Assembly: GCF_031769215.1 (NCBI RefSeq)
Contig: NW_026782804.1
Span: 124,001-188,000 of the forward strand
DNA from: Ylistrum balloti
Lineage: Eukaryota
Length of the DNA: 64,000 nucleotides
Reading direction: 5' to 3'
The translations under genes and the position numbers were made by a program. The notes beneath the pieces were generated by a model that had not been told where the DNA came from, made no database searches, and saw only the letters and a list, made by a program, of their open reading frames with translations. Shown here in pieces: positions 48,001 through 62,100 of this stretch. Each line of letters starts with the position of its first letter. The stretch's first letter is position 1.

Positions 48001-51000
48001 AACATTATATGGATATTATACTTTGCAATCTGTACTTGGACATTGTGGGGATAGTACACTTTGCAATCTGTACCTGGACATTTTAAGGATAGTACACTTT
48101 GCAAAATGTACCTTGACATTATAGGGATTGTACACATTGCAATCTGTACCTAGACATTGTGGGGATAGTACACTTCGCAACCTAAACATTTAGGGGATAG
48201 TACACTTTGCAATCTGTACCTAGACATTATAGGGATAGTACACTTTGCAATCTGTACCTGTACATTGTCGGGATAGTACACTTTGCAATATGTACCTGGA
48301 CATTGTCGGGATAGTCCACTTTGCAATCTTTACCTGGACATTATAGGGATAGTACACTTTGCAATCTTTACCTGGACATTGTGGGGATAGTACACTTTGC
48401 AATTTATACCTGAACATTATAGGGATAGTCTACTTTGCAAAATGTACCTTGACATTATAGGGATAGTACACTTCGAAATCTCTACCTTGACATTATAGGG
48501 ATAGTACACTTTGCAATCTGTGCCTGGGCATTGTCGGGATTGTACACTTCGCAATCTGTACCTGGACATTGTGGGGATAGTACACTTTGCATTCTGTACC
48601 TGGACATTGTCGGGATAGTACACTTCGCAATCTGTACCTGGACATTGTGGGGATAGTACACTTCGAAATCTCTACCTTGACATTATAGGGATAGTACACT
48701 TTGCAATCTGTGCCTGGGCATTGTCGGGATTGTACACTTCGCAATCTGTACCTGGACATTGTGGGGATAGTACACTTTGCATTCTGTACCTGGACATTGT
48801 CGGGATAGTACACTTCGCAATCTGTACCTGGACATTGTGGGGATAGTACACTTTGCAATATGTACCTGGACATTATAGGGATAGTGCACTGTGCAATCTG
48901 TACCTGTACATTGTCGGGATAGTAAACTTTGCAATCTGTACCTGTACATTATAGGGATAGTCCACTTTGCAATCGTTACCTGGACATTATAGAGATAGTC
49001 CACTTTGCAATCTTTACCTGGACATTGTGGGGATAGTACACTTTGCAATATGTACCTGGACATTGTGGGGATAGTACACTTTGCATTCTGTACCTGGACA
49101 TTGTCGGGATAGTACACTTCGCAATCTGTACCTGGACATTGTGGGGATAGTACACTTTGCAATATGTACCTGGACATTATAGGGATAGTGCACTGTGCAA
49201 TCTGTACCTGTACATTGTCGGGATAGTAAACTTTGCAATCTGTACCTGTACATTATAGGGATAGTCCACTTTGCAATCGTTACCTGGACATTATAGAGAT
49301 AGTCCACTTTGCAATCTTTACCTGGACATTGTGGGGATAGTACACTTTGCAATATGTACCTGGACATTATAGGGATAGTACACTTTGAAATCTGTACCTG
49401 TACATTGTCGGGATAGTAAACTTTGCAATCTGTACCTGTACATTATAGGGATAGTCCACTTTGCAATCTTTACCTGGACATTATTGGGATAGTCCACTTT
49501 GCAATCTTAACCTGGACATTGTGGGGATAGTACACTTTGCAATTTATACCTGAACATTATAGGGATAGTCCACTTTGCACTCTGTAACTGGACATTATAG
49601 GGACAGTACACTTTGCAATCTGTACCTAGACATTATAGGGATAGTACACTTTGCAATCTGTAACTGGACATTATAGGGATAGTACACTTTGCAATCTGTA
49701 ACTGGACATTATAGGGATAGTCCACTTTGCACTCTGTAACTGGACATTATAGGGATATCACACTTTGCACTCTGTAACTGGACATTATAGGGATAGTACA
49801 CTTTACAATCTGTACTTGGACATTGTGGGGATAGTACACTTTGCAATCTGTACCTGGACATTTTAAGGATAGTACAGTTTGCAAAATGTACCTTGACATT
49901 ATAGGGATAGTACACTTTGCAATCTGTACCTGGGCATTGTCGGGATAGTACACTTCGCAATCTGTACCTGGACATTGTGGGGATAGTACACTTTGCAATC
50001 TGTACCTGGACATTGTGGGGATAGCAGACTTTGCAATCTGTACCTGGACATTATAGGGATATGACACTTTGCACTCTGTAACGGGACATTATAGGGATAG
50101 TACACTTTGCACTATGTAACTGGACATTATAGGGATAGCACACTTCACAATCTGTACCAGGACATTATAGGGATATGACACTTTGCACTCTGTAACTGGA
50201 CATTATAGGGATAGTACACTTTGCACTCTGTAACTGGACATTATAGGGATATCACACTTTGCAATCTGTACATGGACATTATATGGATAGTACACTTCGT
50301 AATCTGTACCTGGACATTGTGGGGATAGTACACTTTGCAATCTGTACCTGAACATTGTGGGGATAGTACACTTTGCAATCTGTACCTGAACATTGTGGGG
50401 ATAGTACACTTTGCAATCTGTACTTGGACATTGTGGGGATAGTACACTTTGCAATCTGTACCTGGACATTTTAAGGATAGTACACTTTGCAAAATGTACC
50501 TTGACATTATAGGGATTGTACACATTGCAATCTGTACCTGGGCATTGTCGGGATAGTACACTTCGCAATCTGTACCTGGACATTGTGGGGATAGTACACT
50601 TTGCAATTTATACCTGAACATTATAGGGATAGTCCACTTTGCACTCTGTAACTGGACATTATAGGGACAGTACATTTTGCAATCTGTACCTAGACATTAT
50701 AGGGATAGTACACTTTGCAATCTGTACCTGGACATTATAGGGATAGTACACTTTGCACTCTGTAACTGGACATTGTGGGGATAGTACACTTTGCAATTTA
50801 TACCTGAACATTATATGGATATTATACTTTGCAATCTGTACCTGGACATTATAGGAATAGTACACTTTGCACTCTGTAACTGGACATTGTGGGGATAGTA
50901 TACTTTGCAATCTGTACCTGGACATTATATGGTAATACACATCGCAGTCTACATTTGTTTCAATCCATTTGATTCTCTTCGCCGCCTTCTTAATTACCAC

Positions 51001-54000
51001 CATTCAGGTCTCTCTCGTTATTGATCAGTCCTACAAGGCGGAAGCAGCAGAATGATAAGCCATTATTTATTAAATTTGTATTAGAAGTGTTACTCAATGA
51101 TTACATGTCATGTTTCAGTGCCAGATTATGAGATTACAGGTCCACCGGAAGTGACGTCACAATCAACCTCATCGCCCTGGCATCAGTATACGATTAAAGC
51201 ATTCAACCACAGCTACCACATAATTCTACAGAGAAACGAGCACCTCATAGCGCCAGGTAACTTAAACTCGTTTAAATGTAACGAATCACAGCAACGAGTG
51301 ATCAGATCATTTATAACAAATCACAACGTTAGATGACCAATTTAGTAATAACCAATCACAGTGCAGGGTACCCAATTCATTTACAACCAATCGCAGTGTT
51401 ATGTAGCCAATGCAGCTAGGTACCTACCAGTATAGTCGTAATTACGAAATAGCACCAGACCTGGAACAGGAGTTTATGTAAGCTTTAAGTTTGTTTCCAA
51501 TACTTATATATACTAACCATGTATATTTGTTCAATATTGCTAAATTATTGAGAGAAAAAAAAAATGTCTAAACTGACCAATCACCTGCGAGGTGAACAAC
51601 TTATTTAAGGAACTGTTTTCGGGAAAGGTTACCGACATCTTTGTCAGCATTAATGATACACTAACCATGGTTTCTCTCCTTTGTAGGTTGTGTGGTCCTG
51701 GCGAAACAGGCAAATGGTACTAGTGAAATCTCGTCATGTCATCAAGGGGAACACCATTGTTATTATCATGGTCACGTGGAAAACGAGACCGACTCTTCAG
51801 TGGCTGTCAGCACATGTCTGGGAATGGTAAGTACTGGTACTGAGACTTCCGTAGTTCTCATTACAGAACGTGACATTATTCGGATTAATTGGCGGATGTC
51901 ATCAATGAGAAAGACATTGACGCTTACTTGACCCTCAAAATTGAAAATTGACACTTAAATTGTACAAAGAAGGACCGCGTTGTTTGTTTAAATTTATTTA
52001 GAATTTCATTAAAATGCTCATTGCGCCAGGTCTTACGTAATTTTCTGTTGTTGTATTCCATCAACACATCATTGGAGAGGTGGAATACTGACTGAAAACA
52101 TTCCGAATTTAATGTCTTTATTTAATGCACTTATGATTATATTTTAGCACGGACTGATAAGACTACCTGACCACGATCTCGTCATCCAGCCGGTCAGACA
52201 GGTACATGTGAGTCGTGTCCGGCGGAGTGGACACGCCGGACTACCTCACCTGGTATATAGGAGGAGAGGACAGTCCTCGTCTGGCACGTGTGGAACACAA
52301 GGTATGTTTGTTTTCAATAAAACCAATTGTTCACATTGCAAATTATTCACAAATCAATGCCATTAACTATCGTTTCTAATGTTGGTTATTTTTTATTGCC
52401 AACCCAGAGACTCCATTCGAACCAGTGAATGCCAGGCGGGCAAAAAGAACAGCTGAAGGGCCGCACTACATGGAGTTACGCATAGTGTTAGCACCGGACG
52501 CCACAAAATACCACGGAAGTGACGCCAAACGATACGCTCTTACCTCCCTCAATGTCGTAAGTAAACTGACACCTCCCAATTATCTCCTGCCAATACTCTG
52601 TAACTACCTTACCACTATAAGTTAAATGACGGCCGTCGCTGATCTCTAACCAACATTGTCAATACTCTGTGACTACATCACCACTATAAGTTAAATGACG
52701 GTCGTCGCTGATCTCTAACCAACATTGTCAATACTCTGTGACTACCTTACCACTATAAGTTAAATGACTGTTGTCGCTGATCTCTAACCAACATTGTCAA
52801 TACTCTGTGACTACCTTACCACTATAAGTTAAATGACGGTCGTCGCTGATCTCTAACCAACATTGTCAATACTCTGTGACTACCTTACCACTATAAGTTA
52901 AATGACTGTTGTCGCTGATCTCTAACCAACATTGTCAATACTCTGTGACTACCTTACCACTATAAGTTAAATGACGGCCATCGCTGATCTCTAACCAACA
53001 TTGTCAATACTCTGTAACTACCTTCCTCTTTAAGTTAATTTCCACACGTTGATGATATATAACTTACATATTTGATACTCGGTAACTTCCTCACAATTAG
53101 AACTCTAACCCACAGGCAGCTCAGAGGTTCCTGGACCCGACGTTAGGACACGACATCCGGACGGCAGTGGTACAAATCCTACTACTCCAGAATGATCAAC
53201 CCGGACTGTCAATTATAGCCGACTCAGAACAACTGCTAAACAGTTTCTGCTTCTGGCATGAAAAACGTCAACCTTCATCAGAAGACGACGCTCAATTCGC
53301 TGATGGTGCACTGCTGATTACAAAGTATGTCAGCCTCCCCCCCCCCTTCACTAGATATACTTAATAAAATATTGTATATCCTCTACCGGAATAATAAATC
53401 TTTGTCAACATTTACCTAGTAACACGTAGGCTTTTAATGTGTAATATATGTTATCAACAGGTTAGACCTTGAGTACAAGGGAGATTCGTCCAACCTTGGA
53501 CTCGGACACATTGGAGGGTTTTGTAAGGTCAACTACAGGTGTTCCGTTAATGAAGACAATGGACTTGACCTTGGACTGACCATTGCCCACGAAACAGGCC
53601 ACATGTAAGTAGTCTGTAGGTTAGAGAAAACGTACACAAGAAACAAATCAGTTACATTTACATACCTCGGGAATTAAAACTCCAAATTATCAAAGCAAGA
53701 TAAGTACATAAAATTTACGTAGAAACACAAGCAAAGACAATAGAGGGAATGTCGCATTCTCAATGTGTGAACCATGGCAATCAACACGTTCTATTAGTCA
53801 GTAAAACAAGTCTTCATTTTTTTCATGGTGTCAGTCCATCGATGATCGACATCTTTCACAAATACAATGATACTAGAATTAGTGTTACATGTAGAACAAG
53901 AAAAATACCTTGGTTACGGAGGAAATAGTACAGCGTGATATCGCCCGTAATCAGTTAGTATACAAGACAATTTTACAAATGAATTTATCGACAAAAAATG

Positions 54001-56130
54001 AGAATTCTCTAGATGACGTACTTTGAACCTTTGTAGACAATACCTCAATTTGGATGTCTGTCTTGTGTTTTTCACAAACTATGAAACATCATTGTCACAA
54101 CCACACAATGTAATCACCGTATGTAAGGCTCTAGAAAAAAACAGACTCAAATAATAATAGGTCCATTGCATGTTTGTAGTTTGAAGAAAACTACGGCGGC
54201 GAAGAAAGTGAAATAGTAGAATATTCTATCAGAAGTATGTGGGGAACAGACGTTTACAACGAAAACCGCCCCTAAACTATTTTATATTAAAACATTAAGA
54301 AAATACCAATATGTGAGCAGAATTATAATTCAAACTCAAATTCCAAGAAACTAGGACAAATTATTAACAATAAAAAAAGAAAGATTCATACCAACATTCC
54401 TGAAATAGCACAAGGAGAATAACACCATGTGTTCCCGAAATGTATGCGTCTTCTACTTCATCGATGGCTCCCGCTATGTAACTCTAGATCAATCCAAGTA
54501 AGTAATGTCACATTCTCAAATGAGAACACAGTGTACAACTACGGAACGAACAGGGAAACTAACGAGTGTAAAAAATGTTCAGCTTCATATCGCACAAAAT
54601 ATAGAATATTTCTCAATGAGATCACTATGGCGACCATAAAACTTCCTCATAATTTTCATCGATTTGAATCTTTTACAACCCTGCAAGAAATACAGTCATG
54701 TCTACAAAATATTTTACTTCAAAAATGTCAAAAAAACAAGGAAAACTAAGATGGAAACAAAGAATTAGATATGGACACTAGAAAACCAGCAGTTACTACG
54801 GAAACAACGAGTTATAAGCTGACGAATAACGGACGTCCTGATGTTTGGAATCTTCCTCGAATATCAATTCAACTGCAATATATAAGCACAATTTTTGGAA
54901 GCCGTGATGCTTCTGTCGACAAATTCCTTGTGGAGCTAATGAAATAAACCTTTTAATTATATTATGAATAGAAATAGGAAATGAATGGCTAATTATTTAG
55001 GATTTGTTGTGTCATTTTTTAATTGAATTCTTGACTGTATTTGCAAGGTACATGACCGATAGATTTCTATATATAGACAAAGTAAAGTCAGTATATCTTT
55101 TTGCTGAAGTTGACCTGTTGGGTATCTTTGCCCTTCATTCGAAAACTGGAAAGAATGACGCATATATTTCGTTTTTTACTGATTACCAAAACGTTTTGAA
55201 ACATTTCTTCAGGTTAAATATGGTACACGACGGTGAAAGCAATGCTTGTATTCCGGGGATCAACATTATGTCTGCCAAGGGAGCCAGTGGTCACTCAAGC
55301 ATAAAGTGGTCAACGTGTAGCAAAGACTCCCTCACCAGTTTCCTGAAGTAGGTATAAAACATAAAGAAAATACCATCATGTCAATGTAATCATCCAAATC
55401 AAAGTCAATAAATAACAACAAGCAAATACCAACATGTCAACATCGCCATCATCCATACTCAAAGCCAATCAAACTAGGAGAAAATATAAACCAAAGGAAA
55501 GATGTATTTGCAGACTCTTGAAAAAGTACAAGCAGTATAAGACCAGCCTGGGCCCGTATTCATGAAACCATTCTCATGCTCAACCATAACTTTTGTGCTC
55601 AACCATTTTTTTGTTTTTGTTTTTTTTTTGTTTTTGTTCTTTTTTGTTTTTTTTTTAATATAACTTAAGTCCTTTCATTTTTTATAAAATCTTTTGCGAA
55701 ATCTGCCTTATTTTTTAATTCTTAACTTAAACAAGATATAAGGCTTGAGCACAAAGTTATTGCTTGAGCATGAGAACGGTTTCATGAATACAGGCCCATG
55801 TGTTACGGGAGAGTAACCATCTTCCGTTTCATCGACGACACCCGCCATGTAAACTTTGATCAATCCACGTAAGTTGTGTAACGTTCCGAAATCAGAACAA
55901 AGGATACAACAATTGAACCATCAAATAAACAAACGAGCTTCTAATACAAAACAGAGTATTTCTCAATGAGATCACCTAGACGGCCATAAACTTTTTTTTT
56001 AACCTGCATCTTTTGAAACCCTGTGTTTCGAGTTTGTCCGTCAGTTGACTTCTTGTACGAATATAGTGATAATGGGAACAGGCCCTTGGATATCGAATCA
56101 ACTGCGACGTGTACCACCATAGGTTGGGGA

Positions 56131-56167
<37 letters not shown>

Positions 56168-59100
56168 ATGCCAACTTTACATTTACTAATATGCAGTGAT
56201 AACAAATACATAGACAATTCTGAAATAAGTGTTACGATTGATAAGCTATACTCTGATTTTCAGGTCTCCTGTAAGTAGCTGTCTAAGTGACCAGCCCCCC
56301 GCCTGGGCGTTTTCTTTGCTCAATACTGCCCAGAAACCCGGACTTGTATATTCCGGTGATGAACAGTGCCGAATGGCTATGGAAGATCCTAATAGCAAAT
56401 TGTGTGAGGGCACGTCTCTTACCACTGGGGTAAGTACCGAATTAATGGAATACATTTAGATACCCAGAGGAAACTTCCTTATCATTTATTATGGACAATA
56501 TTTCTCGTAATCGCTTCACAAGTGACAATGATTAAGGATACACATTCATTTGAAGCAATTACATATTGTTATTTTCAGCCACTGTTTCTAATTCAGCTTT
56601 GTGTCTAGTCACGATTCGGAATATACAAATGTTCTTGAAGTGTTTTAAAATAATGTATTATCGAAACTGAAGGCAGAAAGCATCAAGCTGATTGTTGGCA
56701 TTTCTATGATTACCTGTCTACTGTTTCTGTAGATGAAGGTGCTATTCACTGGTACAATCATTCATCTCAGTAATCGAGATTTAAACTATTTCAACGTTTT
56801 AAGTGCAACCGATCGAATGAACATATTCGCTAAAAATGTCCATGATATTCGCTATCTAGCAGATATCCTTCGGAAATCAATATCAACTTCATCAAGTTTC
56901 GTACATATCTCTGTGTGTCTAGGAGTTCCTCTAGCTGAAAGTAGCCGGAAGTAGTGTTTAATGGTATTCTTTGATATTGTTGTTATCATAAATAGTTATC
57001 CCAAATTTAGAATGAGTGTAAGATGTTGGTGTGTTACGGACCAATCATTCCAAATCGCCAGCGATCTTGTTACCGTGGTGGACCTATAAGATTAGACGGA
57101 ACAGAATGTGGACACAGAAAGGTAAGTAATTGGCAACTAACCAATCATAACAAATGATACATAAAAACCGTCACATTAGCTACGTACCAGTCATATCAGG
57201 GGGTACGCTTATCGTAACCAGACCAATGGAATACAGCGACACACTTTTCATTCATTTACAATGATAACAACCACAACTGGAGATTCGAACCCGTTATAGA
57301 TACCAAGGGCCAATTGTCCCATCAATAAATTAGCGATATTAATTTAATGACAGCAGTTAATTGTCATTAACATATCACAATTCTGATCGTTTATTCATAA
57401 CAGTGGTGTATAGGTGGTCAGTGTGTCGCAATGGGGTCTGGTGCCCCTGCACCTGTCCATGGCGGATGGTCATCCTGGAGTGCAGAATGGACGCCATGTT
57501 CCCGGACCTGTGGGGGTGGAGTTCGAGTAAAAAATAGGAAATGCACCAGCCCAGAGTAAGTAGAACAACCCAGTTCTGGGTTGGAGTGTTTTTGAAATAT
57601 TGCAATGTAGTCAAAAAATTCTGGGTGGTAAATAAAATGTTTAGCCCGTTTCCAGGGAACCTGAAATAATATGAATTATATCAAAATGCCTTGTTGCAGG
57701 CCACGATATGGAGGCAGAAACTGCGCGGGAGAAAGCACCCAGGCCAAGCTCTGTAACATGAAGGTAAGGTTATGCAACAGAAGAGAATATCATGACACAG
57801 AGGGTTTGTAAAATAAAACACTAGAGGTATTATAGATAGTAATTCAATATAAATTTAAGGTGTGGATCTGATTGTTCTTCTGATTGTTTTCTTATTAGTT
57901 CTAAAGATGTTGGAAGAGGAAGTTAGGGTATATAAGTGAATATTTAGCTCTAAGTCATCAATTTTTAAGATTTGATATTGTAAATGAAAATTGTTTATAT
58001 ATAAATCTGATAACGTTTTATGTTTATGGCCAGGTTTATTGTTTAGAGTTGGTGATTCGTGGTGACACTTGATATAAACAGATTGCAAGAAGTCGTCATT
58101 TGACGGACAAACTCGTAACATATGGTTTCAAAAGTTTCAGGTTGAAGAAAAATATTTACACTCGTCATAGTTACTGCAGTGATAAAAATCTATTTCTTTG
58201 TGAGACGTGAAGCTGGACGTTAGTTTGCCTGTTGGCTCCGTTGTTTTATACATTGTTCTCATTTGAGAACGTGACATTATTTACTTGGATTGACCAAGGT
58301 TTACATGGCGGGTGTCGATTAAGCCGAAGGCGGTTGTTCTTCCGGAACATCTTGCTTATTCTCCTTGTACTTTTTCAGGACTCTCCGTTTAAACTGAATT
58401 TTATTTTGGATTGTGTTAATATTGACATGTTGGTATTTTCTGGTTGCGCTTTATTGTCCGTTTGCAGAATGCAATAACGACGTTGTAATTGTGATTTCAG
58501 AGTTGCCCTATCAATACAGACTTCCGGGCAGAGCAGTGTGCTGCAACTAACAGATTCCCTGTCGACGGTAAAACCTACCATTGGTTACCTTACAATGGTT
58601 AGTCACATTCCTGTTAACCCCTTTAGACGATAAAACCTACCGTTAGCAACTTTAAAATAGTTAGTCATGTATTTCACCGTGTACATTTCACTGGTAGGTC
58701 AAAAAACGTTTATAGTAATCTCTGTAACATACAGCTCGCAACAACAGTAACTGGCTTGGTACCATTTCCGGTAGCATTTCAGCCTTTGATATCACACCAG
58801 TCAAACTTAATATTGATGTTGACAGATAATCGATGTTCAATGAGATGTTATGACCAGTATGCCAATATAGTTGATTACCGCGCTGACAAGTACGAGGACG
58901 GCACGGACTGTAAAGTAACTGGCCCTTTTTCCCGCTGTGTTGAAGGACAATGTAAGGTAAGTTTTTTAATATGATATTATAATGTTGAATCAGTGTGCAA
59001 TCAAAGACAACGTAACTTGATCCTAAATCGTGCCTCCATTTGTGTTGTATGGAGAATCCAGAGAAAGATTAATTTGTCGTTGCTTCTACTGTATTTTGTT

Positions 59101-62100
59101 GTGAGCCCAGGGAAGGTTGCTCGGCTTTTGCCCCGATGTATTGGGTTGACAGACCAGGAGGGTTGCTCGGCTTTTGCCCCGATGTATTGGGTTCACAGCC
59201 CAGGGAAGGTTGTTCGGCAGTTGCCCAGATGTATTGGGTTGACAGCCTAGAGAAGGTTGTTCGGCTTTTGCCCCTGATGTATTGGGTTGACAGCCAGGGA
59301 AGGTTGTTCGGCTTTTGCCCCCGATGTACTGGGTTGACAGCCCAGGGAAGGTTGTTCGGCCGTTGCCCCTGATGTATTGGGTTGACAGCCCAGGGAAGGT
59401 TGTTCAGCTATTGCCCCTGGTGTATTGGGTTAACAGCCCAGAAAATGTTGCTCGGCTTTTGCCCCCGATGTATTGGGTTGACAGCCCAAGGAAGGTTGTT
59501 CGGCTTTTGCTCCCGATGTACTGGGTTGACAGCCCAGGGAAGGTTGTTCGGCCGTTGCACTGAAGTATTGGGTTGACAGCCCAGAGAAGGTTGCTCGGCT
59601 TTTCCCCCCGATGTATTGGGTTGACAGCCCAGGGAAGATTGTTCGGCCGTTGCCCCGATGTATTGGGTTGACAGCCCAAGGAAGGTTCTTCGGCCGTTGC
59701 CCCTGATGTATTGGGTTGACAGCCCAGGGAAGGTTGTTCGGCTTTTGCCCCTGATGTACTGGGTTGACAGCCCAGGGAAGGTTGTTCGGCTTTTGCCCCC
59801 GATGTACTGGGTTGACAGCCCAGGAAAGGTTGTTCGGCCGTTGCCCCTGATGTATTTGGTTGACAGCCCAGGGAAGGTTGTTCGGTCGTTGCCCCGATGT
59901 ACTGGGTTGACAGCCAAGGGAAGGTTGTTCGGCTTTTGCCCCTGTTGTATTGGGTTGACATCCCAGGGAAGGTTGTTCGGCTTTTGCCCCCGATGTACTG
60001 GGTTGACAGCCAAGGGAAGATTGCTCGGCTTTTGCCCCTGATGTATTGGGTTGACAGCCGAGGAAACGTTGCTCGGCTTTTGCCCCTGATATATTGGTTG
60101 ACAGCCCAGGGAAGGTTGTTCGGCCGTTGCCCCTGATGTATTGGATTGACAGCCGAGAGAAGGTTGTTCGGCCGTTGCCCCGATGTATTGGGTTGACAGC
60201 CCAAGGAGGGTTGTTCGGCTTTTGCACCTGATGTACTGGGTTGAGAGCCCAAGGAAGGTTGTTCGGCCGTTGCCCCTAATGTATTAGGTTGACAGCCTAG
60301 GGAAGGTTGTTCGGCTTTTGCCCCTGATGTACTGGGTTGACAGCCCAGGGAAGATTGTTCGGCCGTTGCCACTGATGTATTGGGTTTACAGCCCAGGGAA
60401 GGTTGTTCGACTTTTGCCCCCGATGTACTGGGTTGACAGCACAGGGAAGGTTGCTCGGCCGTTGCCCCTTATATATTGGTTGTCAGCCCAGGGAAGGTTG
60501 CTCGGCTGTTGCCCCTGATGTATTGGGTTGACAACCTAGGGAAGGTTGTTCGCCTTTTGCCCCGATGTACTGGGTTGACATCCCAGGGAAGGTTGTTCGG
60601 CCGTTGCCCCTGATGTATTGGGTTAACAGCCTAAGGAAGGTTGTTCGGCTTTTGCTCCTGATATACTGGGTTGACAGCCCAGGGAAGGTTGTTCGGCTTT
60701 TGCCCCCGATGTACTGGGTTGACAGCCCAGGGAAGGTTGTTCGGCCGTTGCCCCTGATGTATTGGGTTGACAGCCCAGGGAAGGTTGGGTTGACAGCCCG
60801 TTGCCCCTGATGTATTGGTTGACAGCCCAAGGAAGGTTGTTCGCCCGTTGCCCCTGATGTATTGGGTTAACAGCCTAAGGAAGGTTGTTCGGCTTTTGCT
60901 CCTGATATACTGGGTTGACAGCCCAGGGAAGGTTGTTCGGCTTTTGCCCCCGATGTACTGGGTTGACAGCCAAGGGAAGATAGCTCGGCTTTTGCCCCTG
61001 ATGTATTGGGTTGACAGCCCTTATATAGGTTGAAGGTTGCTCGGCTTTTGCCTGATGTATTGGGTTGACCTGATGTATTGGGTTGACAGCACAGGGAAGG
61101 TTGCTCGGCCGTTGCCCCTTATATATTGGTTGACAGCACAGGGAATATATTGGTTGACAGCACAGGCTTTTGCCCCTGAGGTTGCAGGGAAGGTTGCTCG
61201 GCCGTTGCCCCTTATATATTGGTTGACAGCACAGGGGAGGTTGCTCGGCTGTTGCCCCTGATGTATTTGGTTGACAGCCCAAGGAAGGTTGTTCGGCGTT
61301 TGCCCCTGATGTATTGGGTTGACAGCCCAGGGAAGGTTGTTCGGCCGTTGCCCCTGATGTACTGGGTTGACAGCCCAGGGAAGGTTGTTCGGCCGTTGCC
61401 CCGATGTATTGGGTTGACAGCCCAAGGAAGGTTGTTCGGCTTTTTCCCCTGATGTATTGGGTTGACAGCCCAGGGAAGGTTGTTCGGCCGTTGCCCCTGA
61501 TGTACTGGGTTGACAGCCCAGGGAAGGTTGTTCGGCCGTTGCCCCGATGTATTGGGTTGACAGCCCAAGGAACGTTGTTCAGTTTTTGCCCCTGATGTAC
61601 TGGGTTGTCAGCCCAGGGAAGGTTGTTCGGCCGTTGCCCCTGATGTATTGGGTTGACAGCCCCGGGAAGGTTGGTTGGCCGTTGCCCCGATGTATTTTGA
61701 TGTCACCCCAAGGAAGGTTGTTCGGCTTTTCCCCCCCCGATGTATTGGGATGACAGCCCAGGGAAGGTTGTTCGGCTTTTGTCCCCGATGTTCTGGGTTG
61801 ACAGCCCAGGGAAGGTTGTTCGGCCGTTGCCCCTGATGTATTGGGTTGACAGACCAGGGAAGGTTGTTCGGCCGTTGCCCTGATGTATTGGGTTGACAGC
61901 CCAAGGATGGTTGTTCGGCTTTTGCCCCCGATGTATTGGGTTGACAGCCCAGGGAAGGTTGTTCGGCCGTTGCCCCTGATATATTGGGTTGACAGCCTAG
62001 GGAAGGTTGCTCGGCCGTTGCCCCTGATGTATTGGGTTGACAGCCTAGGGAAGGTTGCTCGGCCGTTGTCCCTGATGTTTTGGGTTGACATCCCAGGGAA

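Noticed and set aside
56996-57010. Alternative acceptor for exon 11 at 56995
   Set aside because: It gives an in-frame TAG at 57008-57010; the AG at 57010 preserves the reading frame.
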